Part shown: piece after piece, positions 39,250 to 53,254 of the stretch
Layout: each line of letters begins with the position of its first letter
Numbering within the stretch: position 1 is the first letter of the stretch
NCBI GenBank assembly: GCA_951406725.2
Contig: OX597819.1
Span: 100,936,001-101,000,000 of the forward strand
Length of the DNA: 64,000 nucleotides
From: Octopus vulgaris
Lineage: Eukaryota
Direction: 5' to 3'
The notes under the pieces: model-generated
What the model saw: only the letters and a program-made list of their open reading frames with translations
What the model was told of the DNA's origin: nothing
Databases searched by the model: none
Made by a program: the position numbers and the translations under genes

Positions 39250-39450
39250 AAGAGAGTGAGCTGGCAAAATCCTTAGCTTACCAGGCAAAATACGTAACGG
39301 CATTTTATCTGCTTAAGTCTCACCGCAGTCGGCTTTGCTTTTCACACACTGGGATCGATGAATGAAGTACCAGTCACACAACAGGATCAATGTATGACAT
39401 ACCCGCATCGCCCAAATTTCAGGCCTTATACATATAGTAGAATAGATTCT
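39250..39450 (+). mobile_element. Degenerate SINE family B
   Basis: GAGCTGGCAAAATCCTTAGC...GGGATCGATGAATGAAGTACCAGT. Confidence 0.65.
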
Positions 39451-39809
39451 GCACATAGTTAGTTCATAGCTGAATTATACCTTTCTATAAGAGGCAAAAG
39501 ATCTGCAATAGAGGTATTAATAATGGTACATACTATATACTTTAGACGTTGTCTACACGTAAGTTATGTTGCATTATGCGGTATTGTAGTGCGTTGCTCT
39601 GGTGTCGAAATGCAGCGTGTGTAATAGAGTATTATGTTTGATGGCTGCCATGTTTTCTGTGTACAGATATCACTTCAGTGTTTACATTGCACCCAATACG
39701 GTTGGGCACCGACCAATATCTGTACAATCTATTTATTTCCGTTATTGCTATGTAATTATCAGTTAAATCCAAAAGATGTTGACAGAATAATGATAAAAAA
39801 TGCAATTTG

Positions 39810-39859
<50 letters not shown>

Positions 39860-39868
39860 TATACATAC

Positions 39869-39900
<32 letters not shown>

Positions 39901-40818
39901 GTATGTATATATGTCTGTGCCCGTGTATGTGCGTGCGTGTGTGTGTTTGAGCTTGTGTGAATGTATGTTGATGTATGTGTATATGTGTGAGTTTACACTT
40001 GAACATTAAAGATAAGTATCTTTGGAACATAGCCGTCGGCTGTTTCTAATCACAACTAACTTACTGATCGAAGTCATGTGACATCTCACATGCTCAGACA
40101 CACAGAAACCAGTCTAGCATTATACAAATGTCTCTCGTTCTTGACTACTTTCCCTCTCTGTCTGGATGTATTCTTTCTTTATTTTTGTGTGTGTATGTGC
40201 GCACAGACACATAAGCACACTTACTCACACACGTGCACACATATACACACACATACACAAGCTCAAACTACATGCGTGCGTGGGTGAAGTATATGTCTGT
40301 CAAATAGCTGTCTGATTGTGGGCATATGCGTGTCTGTGTATGGCTGTGTGTATGTTGGCATGTGTGTGAGTATGTCTGTGTGTGCGTGTCTGTGTATGAT
40401 ATTACGAATGAATAGCTCATCTTAATTAATTTCATGTCCAAATATTTGAGTCATACACTAAACGTATGATATATGTACCTATGTAGGCATGTACACACAG
40501 ACACATACACACACACAAACACACACACACACATACGCATACACACACATACAGACATACAAACCTACGACCACACACACATATGTGTGTGTATGTCTTT
40601 CACTGTCTGTGACTTTGTACATATGCTAACATTGCAGAAATTGAAAACGAGGTAATCAAATACACAGAGACATACGAATATACTTAATTCATTTTGTACG
40701 GTTGGTCTGCATTGGGGTAAAGGTGCTTCCTACCTGTTGCGGATGTCTGTATATGTATGTGCATATGTGAGCATGACTATATGAGCGTGTACGTGTGTGT
40801 GTGTGAATGTGCGTGTAT

Positions 40819-40892
<74 letters not shown>

Positions 40893-40992
40893 ATAGACGA
40901 GCTCTATGAAATGAGTTGAAGGATAATATAGATTTATTAGTATTTGATAGATAGACATAGATATACATATAGTTATGTAGATAGGTGGATTG

Positions 40993-41046
<54 letters not shown>

Positions 41047-41537
41047 CTATATGTATATGTATGTATATGCATATATATGCATATGTATATATGCATGTAT
41101 GTATGTATGTATGTAAGTATGTATATTTATATATATATATATACATACATGCATAGACACACACATTCGTTCAAATATATGTATATGCATATATATGTCT
41201 GTACAAGCGGCTGAGGTCTATATTTGTAGAACTGTATGCTGAGAAATATATTTATATGTACATAAATACTGAGAAGCTATCTATCTAATTAGCAAACCAC
41301 AGAAAAAAAACATGCGTACACATATTCACACAACCATATACATACGTATATACATACATGCATGCATACACATACACACATATATATTTATATGTAGGCA
41401 TGTATATATGTGTGCATGTACAAACATAGATATATACACATATATACTTGTATTTATATGTATGTGTATATATATATATATATGTACATGTATATACATA
41501 TATATGTGTGTGTATGCGTGCGTGTAAATATGTATAC

Positions 41538-41590
<53 letters not shown>

Positions 41591-42252
41591 AATATATGAT
41601 AGAATTAAGAGTGAGAGAGAAAGAGAGATATAGACAGACAAACATACAGATTGATGGATAGATTGATAGACAGATAGGTAAATATATATATATACATATA
41701 TATATATACATGTATATAATTTCATAGACATATACACATACTCCTGTGTGATCGTATATATATATACCAAGAGAGAGAGAGGGGGTCGACAGAGAATTTG
41801 ATATGTGCAAATTTATTTATATATGTCTATATGTATATATATTCATTAATTGGGGATATTAGCCATTTCTGTATGTAGAAGAACACAAATCATCCCAGTA
41901 TATTAGGTGCCAGAATGATGGACATACAAAACGACATGGTTTGAATAAACAGAGATTCATTAAAAGATTAAAGGATTGCTCACAAAAGGAACATGTCTTG
42001 TATATACTGGATATAAACAAAAGATGTTTTGGGAAACAAAAACAGACTTGTCGAAAAGACGCGCTATATGGAATTAATTGGAAATTTCGTCTTCCTTTAT
42101 CGTCTTGGAAAAACATGCAGCAATAACCTATTGATTGTTGTAAAAATTGCCTTGTAGCAGGACGGTTCGATATCGGCAAGACTGTTTCGATTTCGCAATG
42201 AAATTTGCTCACTAAGTTTATGCAGTTAATCTATGTATCTGTTCATAGTTTA

Positions 42253-42318
<66 letters not shown>

Positions 42319-42519
42319 CTGTGTGTATGTATAAATGTTGAATCGTTTTTGAAATGGGAAATGTTCCAAAGTTCTGATTCTTCAACGTGTTGATAAACGG
42401 TAGCACTGGGTAATATATCTGCGAATAGTTGCGGAATCATAACGGTATATAATTGATGAAAGGAGAAACATGGGGCATATGATATACATGACGAACAGTT
42501 ATTTTATACCTTTTATTTA

Positions 42520-42710
42520 TTTAATTTTGAATAATTGGACAGCTGCCATGCTGGAGCACAGGTTTGAAGGTTTTGGTCGAACAAATCGACATTAGTGCCA
42601 ATTTTCTTAAGTCTGGTAGTGATCCCGAACCGGTGGGTTGTGAGAATACAAACAAAACCACACTGGTTGTCAAGCAGTTGTGGGCGACAAACAGGACGTC
42701 ACACACAAAC
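42520..42710 (-). mobile_element. Degenerate SINE family A fragment
   Basis: GCCATGCTGGAGCAC...ACACTGGTTGTCAAGC. Confidence 0.55.
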
Positions 42711-43212
42711 AGATATAAGGTGTGGCTGTTTCATTAAATGTACGCTTCTTCGCCGTCAAAATGAATGTGATTGAACTATAGAATTTAGTCTGTTTGAGTC
42801 GCTTGTAAGAATTCAGTCAAAATGAATGTGATTACACTATAGATTTTTGTCTTTTTGTGTCGATGAAAGAACTGATTTGTTTCTAGTCTTCTTTGTAATT
42901 CATCAGGGAATGAATACAAATTTTAACTGTCACCAATTTACATAATATTTCGCAGACACAATGGATGATTGTTTTTTTCCATGAAGGAACAAAAAGATTA
43001 CAAAGTAGTTAGATCAATCCCGCGGCACAGAAATGAGAAATCTACAATGTAACGACTGTATTTACGTAGCACGATGATGTTAAAACGTGTGTTTATTTAA
43101 AAAGGTATAATTTACATTTCAAATTGAACATATGTTTCTACACACGAACCTAGGCGCGCACATGCATACAAACAAACATACACACACACACACAGAGTTA
43201 CAGTCACACACA

Positions 43213-43278
<66 letters not shown>

Positions 43279-44032
43279 TATATGTCCTATGTATATCTGT
43301 AAATCTACATCTATGTCAGTGTTTATGCTTATATGTATACAAGGAAAAATATATTGCTTTGTTGGTGGGTTTTTAGCCATGTAAGAGGATAGTATGGTGA
43401 GTCAGGAAAAATATGAAGTCAAAAATAAGTTGGAAATGCAATATTTGATATATTCACTTTTATTTTCTCACCAGAAAAAAATGGTCTATTCAACTACTGT
43501 GTCAAGTTTGCCATATTTACATTAATTCTTCCCTAAAGGAAATATGAACGCGGCTGTTTATAAACAGTTTATATCATGATAATTTTTACATTCTAAAACT
43601 CAGTATATATATATATATGTATGTATATGCGTGTGTACACAAACATATCTGTGTATATATGAGCATACATATAAGTATATAAGTATGTATAAATGAATGT
43701 ATTTTATCTATGTCTGTATATATGTACATAAATATATATATATATATATGTGTTTGTGTGTGTGTGTGTGTCTGTGTGTATGTATACGCATATATATACA
43801 TATATATGTGTGTGTTAAATATACGTGAATACGTACGCACATATGAGGATACACGTACGTATATATAGACAGAAAGAGAGACATGTTGTTAGATGTACAG
43901 AGAGAAAACTTGAGATAGATGGAGAGAGAGAGAGGCGGCAAGCAGTCAGACAGATAGTTATGCCAGGTTTCATAAACATTCAAGTTTATCTGTATGTCAA
44001 TGAGCATTCGAAAAACTTTACATTATATATAT

Positions 44033-44097
<65 letters not shown>

Positions 44098-45009
44098 ATG
44101 TGTATGTATGTGTGCGCGTGTGTGTGTGTTAAATGCAAAACCGAAAGATCTACCAGTAGTTTCATGCTTTTATGCATATTTACAGAACACGCCATATATA
44201 TGCGTTATGCATATAGTTTTATGATAAGGATGCTGGACAATAAAAAAATCTGAAAAGACGTAACATGCTCAACTTGTGAAGGTCAAGCAATTGACAAGCA
44301 ACTCTGTGGCAGATCGCCATCAGCAATGTTGCCTAGTAATGTGTTTGTAACATCAACAAGGGTCGCGTGGATTCTTAATGGACATACAAGTCCTAGAGAC
44401 ACCTGAATACCACACAACTATATCAGGTCTGTCTACCGTCGAGGGTAAGCGAGTGAGTAAAACGATTAGAGTGGATATGCAAGGCAGAACACCAGGTTGT
44501 TTCATGCACTGCAGCAGGTGGTCAAAAGTAAAGAAGCAAGTTGCAGTTCCGAAAATCTTAGCCACCATTATCAAAGCAGTCAATGTTTACAGGCAGTGTC
44601 CAAATATATCTTTATCTGAAATTTTTTTGATTAACATTAACAACTTCCTTTATTTTGCTCTTTTTGAAAAGAGAATTTTTTTACTGACACTAATGACATC
44701 TCTCGAATTAGAGTTATAATTTCACTTTAAAAACCCATTCCACTCACCATGGCATGCAAATTAGTTGGGTTTTTTCTTATCTATGCTTTCTGTCTAGAAA
44801 GCTCTCTTGAGAAATTTTGTGTTGTTACAAAAGATACATACATATATACATACATACGTAAATACATACGTACATACATACACATATGCATATGAATATA
44901 TATCATATGTATATATACTTATATGCACACACAAATATATGTGATACATAATATAATATATAATATAATGTATTAGATATAAGTGTTCTACTCTTATGCA
45001 AATAAGTAT

Positions 45010-46590
45010 AAAACGCTGTCTCACCCATTGGACCATTGATCGATGATAACGGCATTCCTCAACACGATGCTAAAGAAATGGCAGAAATACTGGAGAAGCA
45101 ATACTGCTCTGTCTGTGATCCTACTGATATTGACATAAGAGAAGCGAACGAAGTTGATTCTCAGCATAAAATCTCGTACATAACCTTCACTGCCTCAGAC
45201 ATCATAGCAGCAATAAATAGGTTCAAATACTATTCTGCTGTAAGCCCTGGTAGATTCCCCGTTAAATTCCTGAAAGAATGTAGACACCAACTTGCAGTAC
45301 TTCTGACGAACCTCTGGAGAAATTCTTTAGACTCAGGTTATATACCGAAGCACTTCCTATTCCACTCTGTCATCCCGGTTTTCAATCAGGGAAACAGATC
45401 CCTCGCAGTCAATTATCACTCAATCTCAGTCCTTAAAATGCTTGAAAGAGTGGTAAGATCAAGGATAGCTGACTTCCTGGAGACCCACAGACTCCTAAAT
45501 GCAAATCAGCGTGTATTTCGCTGTGGCAGGGACTGTTTAACACAGCTCTTACACCACAATGAAGATATACTTAAAGCCTTGGGAACAGGTTCGAACTCTG
45601 ATGTCATATATCTTGACTTCAGTAAAGCGTTCGACAGGGTGGACCATAATATCTTACTCTCAAAATTGGCAAATGTAGGAATCCGTGGAACACTTTCTAC
45701 ACTGGATTAAGTATTTCCTGGCGGATAAAACTCAAGAAGTTGTGGTCGATAACGTCCACTGAAGCCCAGCAAAAGCTACCAGTGGTGTCCCTCTGTGGAC
45801 TTCTTAGGCTCGCTCCTCTTTATAATTTACCGTGTCTTAAATCACTGCAAAGTGAAAATATTTGCTGATGACACTAAACTCTAGCAAATCATCAATGAAG
45901 AAGAAGACCGAACTCAACTTCAGTCTGATCTCTATGCTGTGAGTCAATGGGCAGACAAAAATAAAATGCAACTGAACGAGGAAAAATTTGAACTGATGCA
46001 TTTTGGAAGAAAGTCTATACTAAAACAGCCATACCCTCTTCCTTCTGGGGAACAGCTCACGGCATCTAATAATATCAGAGACCCGGGTGTAATTGTTGAT
46101 AACACATCAACAATAAGGTTGATATAGCATGTAGGATGAGCTCCTGGATTTTAAGAACCTTCCAGCCAGAGAACAAAGTGTCATCATTCCACTTTTCTCA
46201 ACATTGCCTAAACGACCTGAACATTAGTTTCAAGGTTCATCCAAAGCTTGGACCACGGGCCATACGTCCCTTGGTCAACTCAGGATCACAACATATAGGT
46301 ACACTGCGATATAATTTATTTTCTTCAACAGGCCCTGCCCTGATTAACATTGTCCCAAAACTGATTAAAGAGGAAATGGATCCCATCACCTTTAAACGGA
46401 GTCAGGATAGATTTCTTCAAGGAATACCAGATAAGCTACCTATACCAGGATATAACTCACTCAACAAGAACACTCTACTGAATGGATCATAAGCAAAACT
46501 TGACTAAAAAGGATTTAGATAATCCTGTCAGTTGGTGCCATTAAGTTAGACATGACCTGGACCAATCTTTGGTCGAAACATATCTAAGTT
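45010..46590 (+). mobile_element. Decayed CR1-type LINE ORF2 (RT) with 3' end
   Basis: Motifs: FLKECRHQLA, KMLERVVR, GRDCLTQLLHH, DVIYLDFSKAFDRVDH, FADDTKL (~45860), WADKNKMQLNEEKF and FKRSQDRFLQGIPD. Several frameshifts and stops. Short repeated tail TATCTAAGTTTATCTAGGTT. Confidence 0.9.
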
Positions 46591-46606
46591 TATCTAGGTT
46601 TATATA

Positions 46607-46706
<100 letters not shown>

Positions 46707-47477
46707 TGTGTGTAAATATATATACATGTGTGTGTGTGGATCACGTATGCCACTTCAGAAAAAAAAATTAAATGTGATTGTGTATGTGAATGTGTGCCTG
46801 TTAGATAATGGTGTGGTCGCATAATTTACTATTTTTTCAGGATATTAATAATTTTCAGTTATTTACACTTCCTATTTCGGTTTGGTGAGCAATTATTGTT
46901 TATATTACTGAGAATCTGTTCCAATTTCAGACACAAATTCCTCTCTGTTTATAAAATGTACGTTTGTGTATATATAAGACATAACCATTATTTATGTATT
47001 TCTGTTTATGTGAATTCATATCAGCTTACGTTTCTATGTAAATAGATGTTTGTTTAGTTTAGACAATTTTTAATATATGTATGATTATATATGAGAAAAT
47101 ATTTTCTAATTTTCATTTTCCTCTTCCTCATATTTCTATGCATATCATTACAGCTTGTGTAATATATATATATATCTGAAATGATGCATGCTGCTTGTAT
47201 ATGGTGAATGTAGGGCACAGTGCCTATTAGCCATGGTGCTTTAAAATCTTACCTCCATTATGTTAAACCTCTACACCGCCAGCTCAACTTACTCTTATGT
47301 AACACAATTTTTACAGCATTACTAACACATTTTGGCCACTGTAGCATTATTTCTACAAAATAACTTAAGTATCCACAACTCTGCAACAAAATATCTGTTT
47401 TAAAACCTATACACTTTATCATCACAGCAACCTCAATAATGTTTCGATAAAACACCACTAATTATTATAATTTTTTT

Positions 47478-47960
47478 TTACTACCCACAAGGAGCTAAAC
47501 ACAGAGGAGACAAACAAGAACAGACAGACGGATTAAGTCGATAATATCGACCCCAGTGCGTAACTGGTACTTATTTAATCGACCCCGAAAGGATGAAAGG
47601 CAAAGTCGACCCCGGCGGAATTGAACTCAGAACGTAGCGGCAAATTGAATGTCTTTTCGCTGGCTTCAAGATGCAGCTAGTCTTTAACAGTCGCCTTCTC
47701 TAGATCTGGCGGCTACTTGTAGGTTCAGGTTTGTCGTCCGTTTCTCGCTCAGGAATACCTGACAGAATCGTTAAGCACGCCGCGCAAAATACTTAGCGGC
47801 ATATCTTCCGTCTTTACCTTCCGAGTTCAAATGCTGCCGGAGTCGACTTTGTCTTTCATTCTTTCGGGGTTGAGTAAATAAAGTACAAGTTGAAGACTAC
47901 TGAGGCTGACTTAACCCTTACTCCGAAATAATTGGTCCTGTACCCAAATTGAAAACAGTA
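47478..47960. mobile_element. Divergent pair of SINE family B copies (- 47478-47640; + 47760-47960)
   Basis: Match to the family B core on both strands. Confidence 0.8.
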
Positions 47961-48819
47961 TTTAGACTGTGATCTGAAGGAGTCGTTTAAATCTATAAAA
48001 ATATCATTTGCGTTATTTATTCCAGCTATTTATATTTTAACTTTAAACACACAAACACGCCGAAAAACTTTGCCATTTACCATTTCCATTTCAAGAAAAT
48101 AAAGTACAGGTCATATACTGAGGCCAACGTTATCATCTAATCCTCTTCCTAAAATTTGCCGGCCTCGTGCCTAAATAAGTAACTGGTGATGTGTTTAAAA
48201 TAACCAATGGTCTTCCTCCTAAATTAGACACCGTTATTGTTATTATTAGTAATGCTGCAGTTGCCTGTCAAATAGTTATGCAAAAATCATTCGTTTGATT
48301 AGTTAATTAATTAACTACTTGAATTACGGTGATGAGAAAAATAACAACGACAATGGTGACGAAGTTGTGGCTGCCACTGACGAGGGTAGCGATGATAATG
48401 ACGATGATAATAACGATGAATGACCATGCACAGCGTTTGCTGATTAAGGGCTACATATGCTAAATGGCAATTCATTAGTCTTTATATTCTGGGTTCAGAT
48501 TTCGTTCAATTTGACTTTGCCTTTCAGCCCTTCGAGGTCGATATAAGTATTGTTTGAACACTGGGATCGATGAAATCGACTATCCCCAACAATACGATTT
48601 TGCTGTGACTGTCCCAAAATTTGATGAAATTCTATTCGAATGTAACAGCTGTCATTTTTGGGGATGGTGAATAATGACTGGAAGATATAATCATTATACT
48701 TTTGCACGTATACATATACATATATTCTCTCTCTCTCATTTTCTGTATGTCTGTCTGCCTCTATCTCTCTTTCTCTCACACACGTGTTTGTATGTAATAG
48801 GCATAGGATTGGATATATA

Positions 48820-48950
48820 TAAGAAGTATACTTCCAAACCGCGTGGGCTTGGATTCAGCACCTTGGCCAAGTGCCTTCTGCTATAGTCTCGGGCCGACCA
48901 AAGTCTTTTGAATGAACTTGGTAGAGGGAAACTCAAAGAAGCGAGTCATT
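48820..48950 (+). mobile_element. SINE family A 5' fragment
   Basis: CACCTTGGCCAAGTGCCTTCTGCTATAGTCTCGGGCCGACCAAAG...GGAAACTCAAAGAAGC. Confidence 0.7.
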
Positions 48951-48954
48951 TATA

Positions 48955-50030
48955 TATGTGGTCATGGGAACAAGAATGGGCCCCAACTATGCGAACCTGT
49001 TCGTTGGCTGTGTTGAGGCCCAAATATTGTCAAAATTCCTTGGTCCCACTCCCGAGCTATACAGTCGTTATATCGATGACTGTATCGGTGCGACCTACCT
49101 CACTCTCCCGCAAACAACTAGACTCCTTCCTCTCTTTTGTCCAATCCTTTCATCCTGCCCTAGGTTTCTCCTGCACTATCTCTAACACTTCCGTCGAATT
49201 TCTCGACATTTCTGTCAGCATACACCACTCCTACCTCACTACTTCCATCCACTACAAACACACTGACTCACACTCCTACCTTAAATTCTCCTGTTCCCAC
49301 CCTACCCACGTCAAGCTCTCCATGCCCGACTCTCAATTCCTCCGTCTACGCAGGTTTTGCCATGATGACCATGACTTTGTGACTCAGTCTCAAGTCGTGG
49401 CTCGCCACTTCATCCTGCGTGAATATTCCCTCACCATTATCCACACTGCCCTTGCTCGGGCACGATTTGTGGACCATGCTTCTGCTCTTTCTCATTACAC
49501 CCGTCCAACACTACCCGTCTCCCGTTTCTCTTCACCTACCGCCGTTGTACGCTACGCTTCCAACGCACCATTCTCCGAGCTTTCTGGCAACTGCAGTCCG
49601 ACCACTCCACCTAGCATATCTTCCCTAACCTACCTCTTCCCTACTTCAAACGATCCTATAACCTGCATCACATCATGATCCACAGTCTCTTCGCTACCTC
49701 TGCCTCTCAGTTCGGCTCCTTCCTCTGCTCCCGCCCACACTGTCACACCTACACCTACCTCTCCAACACCACCATCTTCAATGGCACTACCGCCGACTCC
49801 ATTATGTGCACCTCTAGTAATGCCATTTACTGCATCACCTGCTCTCACTCTCCTCTGTACATTGGACAAACGGGACGCCGACTAGTTCAACGGTTCGAGG
49901 AGCACCTCCGAGACATCAGACTTGGCAATGACACCCCTGTCTCTCGTCACTTCCGCTCTAAAGGTCATTCGTGCAACATCTGTCTGTGTTCGGACCATCT
50001 TCGCCGAGAATAGGTATTAATCTTCTCACT
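48955..50030 (+). mobile_element. Penelope-like (Neptune-type) RT + GIY-YIG endonuclease, 5'-truncated and frameshifted
   Basis: RT motifs MGTRMGPNYANLFVG, RYIDDC, VEFLDISV and HYKHTDSHSYL...SHP...SQFLRLRRFC. GIY-YIG region CTSSNAIYCITC..LYIGQTGRRLVQRFEEHLRDI...PVSRHF. Confidence 0.92.
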
Positions 50031-50614
50031 TTGTTTCTTTGTGCCTTATGAGATCAATTCACTTTCTCTTTTCATCTTACACCAACCCACAAAGATTTTC
50101 ACACACCTCCCATGCCAAACTGTTCCTCTAAAACTCTCAAGGCGATACTCCTGCAAAACTATACTCCTTTTATTCAATGATTTAAAGAAATATCTGACAC
50201 ATGATTTAGACGTATATGACAAAGAAGTATATGACACATACAAACACACACACACGTGCACGCACGCGTGTATGTGCACAACCGTTGGTGACGTTATTAG
50301 GCATTGTTTCCCTAAATTTGCTTGTTTGCAGAGCAACAGACAACTCACAATCAGATTTATTAATTACCATAACGAATATGCAACAAACCGGAAGTTGTAA
50401 TCGCGTATGGGAGAATATAGTAGGGTACACCAGAGAGCTTCACTATAGTTTTTCGTACACTGTTATGTTTCCGTTCTGTAACAATGTAACATTGAATCAA
50501 ATGTTATTAGAAACGAGTTCTAACTGTTCTTGTCTGACCCTCTATCGTTTCATTCGTTAACGTTTTTCTTCCATTTCAAAAGTCATCAGCCTTATAGAAA
50601 TATCTCATTCATAT

Positions 50615-51245
50615 TCTTTTCTACTCTAGGTACAAAACCCGAAATTGTTGGGGAGGGGGCCAGTCGATTAAATCGACTCCAATATACAACTGGTACTTAA
50701 TTTGTCGACCCCGAAAGGATGAAGGCAAAGTCGACCTCGGCGGAATTTGAACTGAGAACGTAAAGACAGACGAAATACCTATTTCTTTACTACCCACAAG
50801 GGGCTAAACACAGAGAGAACAAGCAAGTACAGACAAACTGATTAAGTCGATCATATCGACCGAGTGCGTAACTGGTACTTATTTAATCGACCCCGAAAGG
50901 ATGAAAGGCAAAGTCGACCTCGGCGGAATTTGAACTCAGAACGCAGAGGCGGGCGAAAGACTGCAAAGCTTTTCGCCCGGCGTGCTAACGTTTCTGCCAG
51001 CTAGTCGCCTTCAGTTCTTATAATATCTCATTAATATTATTACAACTGAAGGCGCTGAGCTGGCAGAATCATTTGTACGCAGGTTAAGATGATTAGCGGC
51101 ATTTCGGCCATGTGTATGTTCTGAGAACAAATTCTGCCTTTCCTCAATTTGGGGTCGATAAAATAAGCTCCAGTTGAGCACTGCAGTCGTTGTAACCGAC
51201 TTTCTCTCTTTCCCGGAATTACTGGCCTTGTGCCAAAATTTGAAA
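50615..51245. mobile_element. Head-to-head SINE family B copies (dimeric - 50615-51010; + 51050-51245)
   Basis: Family B core on both strands, separated by a ~40-bp palindromic spacer. Confidence 0.85.
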
Positions 51246-51672
51246 TCGATATTATAGCAACTGCTTCTCTTTTCAATATCAAATACACGAAGGGACACTC
51301 TATCGAAGTCACTTCCGTTTAAGAACTCCATTCCATAAATGTAGAGTGAATACATCATTTCAGAATTCAATCTATATTTGAATGAGTTTTCAGTAAATAC
51401 ATTTACTGAAAGAAAGAGCTTACATTTACTGAAAGAATACATTTACGGATAGAAAGAACGAAACTGAAGCGATGTGGGATAGGTTTTCTAGCTAAGCGAA
51501 GTTTCCAATCGGCCGAAGTCGCCAATACGATTTTCACTCTGATTCGATACAACCTAAACACATTGTAGCAGTTTAACTTGTAATGACCAAATTTTTCACT
51601 TCTCTTGAGAACAAAGTTTAATGGATGATTTATTTTGGCATTTCGCTGTAGAACGCCATGTTTACATTCACA

Positions 51673-51828
51673 CACGGCCAGCTCAAGAGGCCGGTAACTC
51701 GGGCAGTCGCCCGGGGCGCCATGTGCTTCTTAGTCTACATTTTCAGTAGTGAAAGTTTAAAAATTTTACTTGTAAAGGCACCGAAGTTCAGCGTGCCCTG
51801 GACACCAATAACCCTAGGGCCGGCCCTG
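51673..51828. mobile_element. hAT-like MITE
   Basis: Imperfect TIRs CACGGCCAGCTCAAG and CTAGGGCCGGCCCTG. Flanking 8-mers CATTCACA (51665-51672) and CATACACA (51829-51836) are consistent with an 8-bp TSD. Confidence 0.7.
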
Positions 51829-51859
51829 CATACACAACATTTTGATACACAAAATGTTG

Positions 51860-52310
51860 GCTTCAAACTTTGGCACAGGGCCAGCAATTTTAGGGGAGGG
51901 TGTAAATCGTTTACGTCGACCCCAGTGCTCAACTAGCACTTATCTTATCGACCCTGAAATGATGAAAGGCAAAACCGACCTCAGTGGAATTTGAACGCAG
52001 AACGTAAAGCAGATGAAATGCTACTAAGTATTTTCCCCGGCGGTGCTAAGAATTCTGCCAGCCTGCAATCTTATTTAATACGCAAAACTTTGGTTAGAAT
52101 TTAGGCACGAGGCCATCAATTTCGTAGGAAGGGTTACATAAGGGCGCTCAACTGGTACTTATCTCATGGACTCCGAAGGGGCACCAAAAGCAAAGTCGAA
52201 CACGTCGGAATTTGAACTTAGAACGTTAAGACGTGAAATGTCTTAATGTGCCGACAGACGGAATTCAGCTAAGCCTTTCACCCAGCGTGCTGATGATTCA
52301 GCCAGCTCAA
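51860..52310 (-). mobile_element. Two degenerate SINE family B copies
   Basis: GATGAAAGGCAAAACCGACCTCAGTGGAATTTGAAC and GCAAAGTCGAA...GGAATTTGAACTTAGAACG. Confidence 0.75.
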
Positions 52311-53254
52311 AGCCTTTTTTAATACGCAAAATATTGCAACCTTAAAATTAACATGATTTAAACCTTAACCCATGTTTTACATTGAACATTAAATAATTAC
52401 ATATAACGAAGAGAAAAACTATGCCCCACTGCTCTCAGATTGAAAGCTAAAAGAAAGGAAAATGACGTGTTGACTGAATGATACATTATATAATTTGATT
52501 TATAGGAAACACCTTCTATTGTCACAAAGACATACACAAAAATTTTATTGTGAAAAATATTAACGCTGAATTGCCTGTCAAAACATTTTTGAACGTCAAG
52601 GTGAACGCGTGACAGGCGCATACACAATGGTAAATTTGTAATATAAATTGAATGAGCGCTATTATTGGATTAATATCAAGCAAGTTATAAGAAAATGTAT
52701 AGTTACATATAAATTAATAAAGAATAAATATTAAAGAGAAAGAAAAAGAATTGAATGAGGAATGAGAAAGAATGAAATACATAAAATAGTAATAAGAGTG
52801 AGGGAAGTATGAAAGGAAGAGATAGAAAGTAAGAAATCATTATTATTTTGTGCAAGTTTGAAATGAAGTCGAGAGTGTAGGCAAAATAATGACAAAAATG
52901 AATGAAGTTAGTTTATAAAAGATTCATTAATGATAGTCAGAGACAGAATTATGGAAAGGAAAGAAACAAGTGGCAGATAGACAAAGATATTATTTACGAA
53001 TTACAGAAATGGAGAAAAGCGTGAGCAATAAAAAAGAAGTTTAAAGGAGAGACGAGATTAAAATGAGGGGAAAGGGAAGCAAAGTAAAAGACAATGTAAG
53101 AACTGTATAGGAAAATTGAAAAGAAATACTCAACATGAGTATTTGTTCATTGAAATGTTTAAAAAGAAATTTTTAATAATGTACGTCTCCCTTCTTCTGG
53201 TGTCCTCTCCCTATAAAACTACTTACATACAAACATGCATACATGCATGCTTTT

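Noticed and set aside
42755-42870. ~61-bp diverged tandem duplication (GTCAAAATGAATGTGATT)
   Set aside because: It is real but has only two units and no other signal, so it is an ordinary local duplication.
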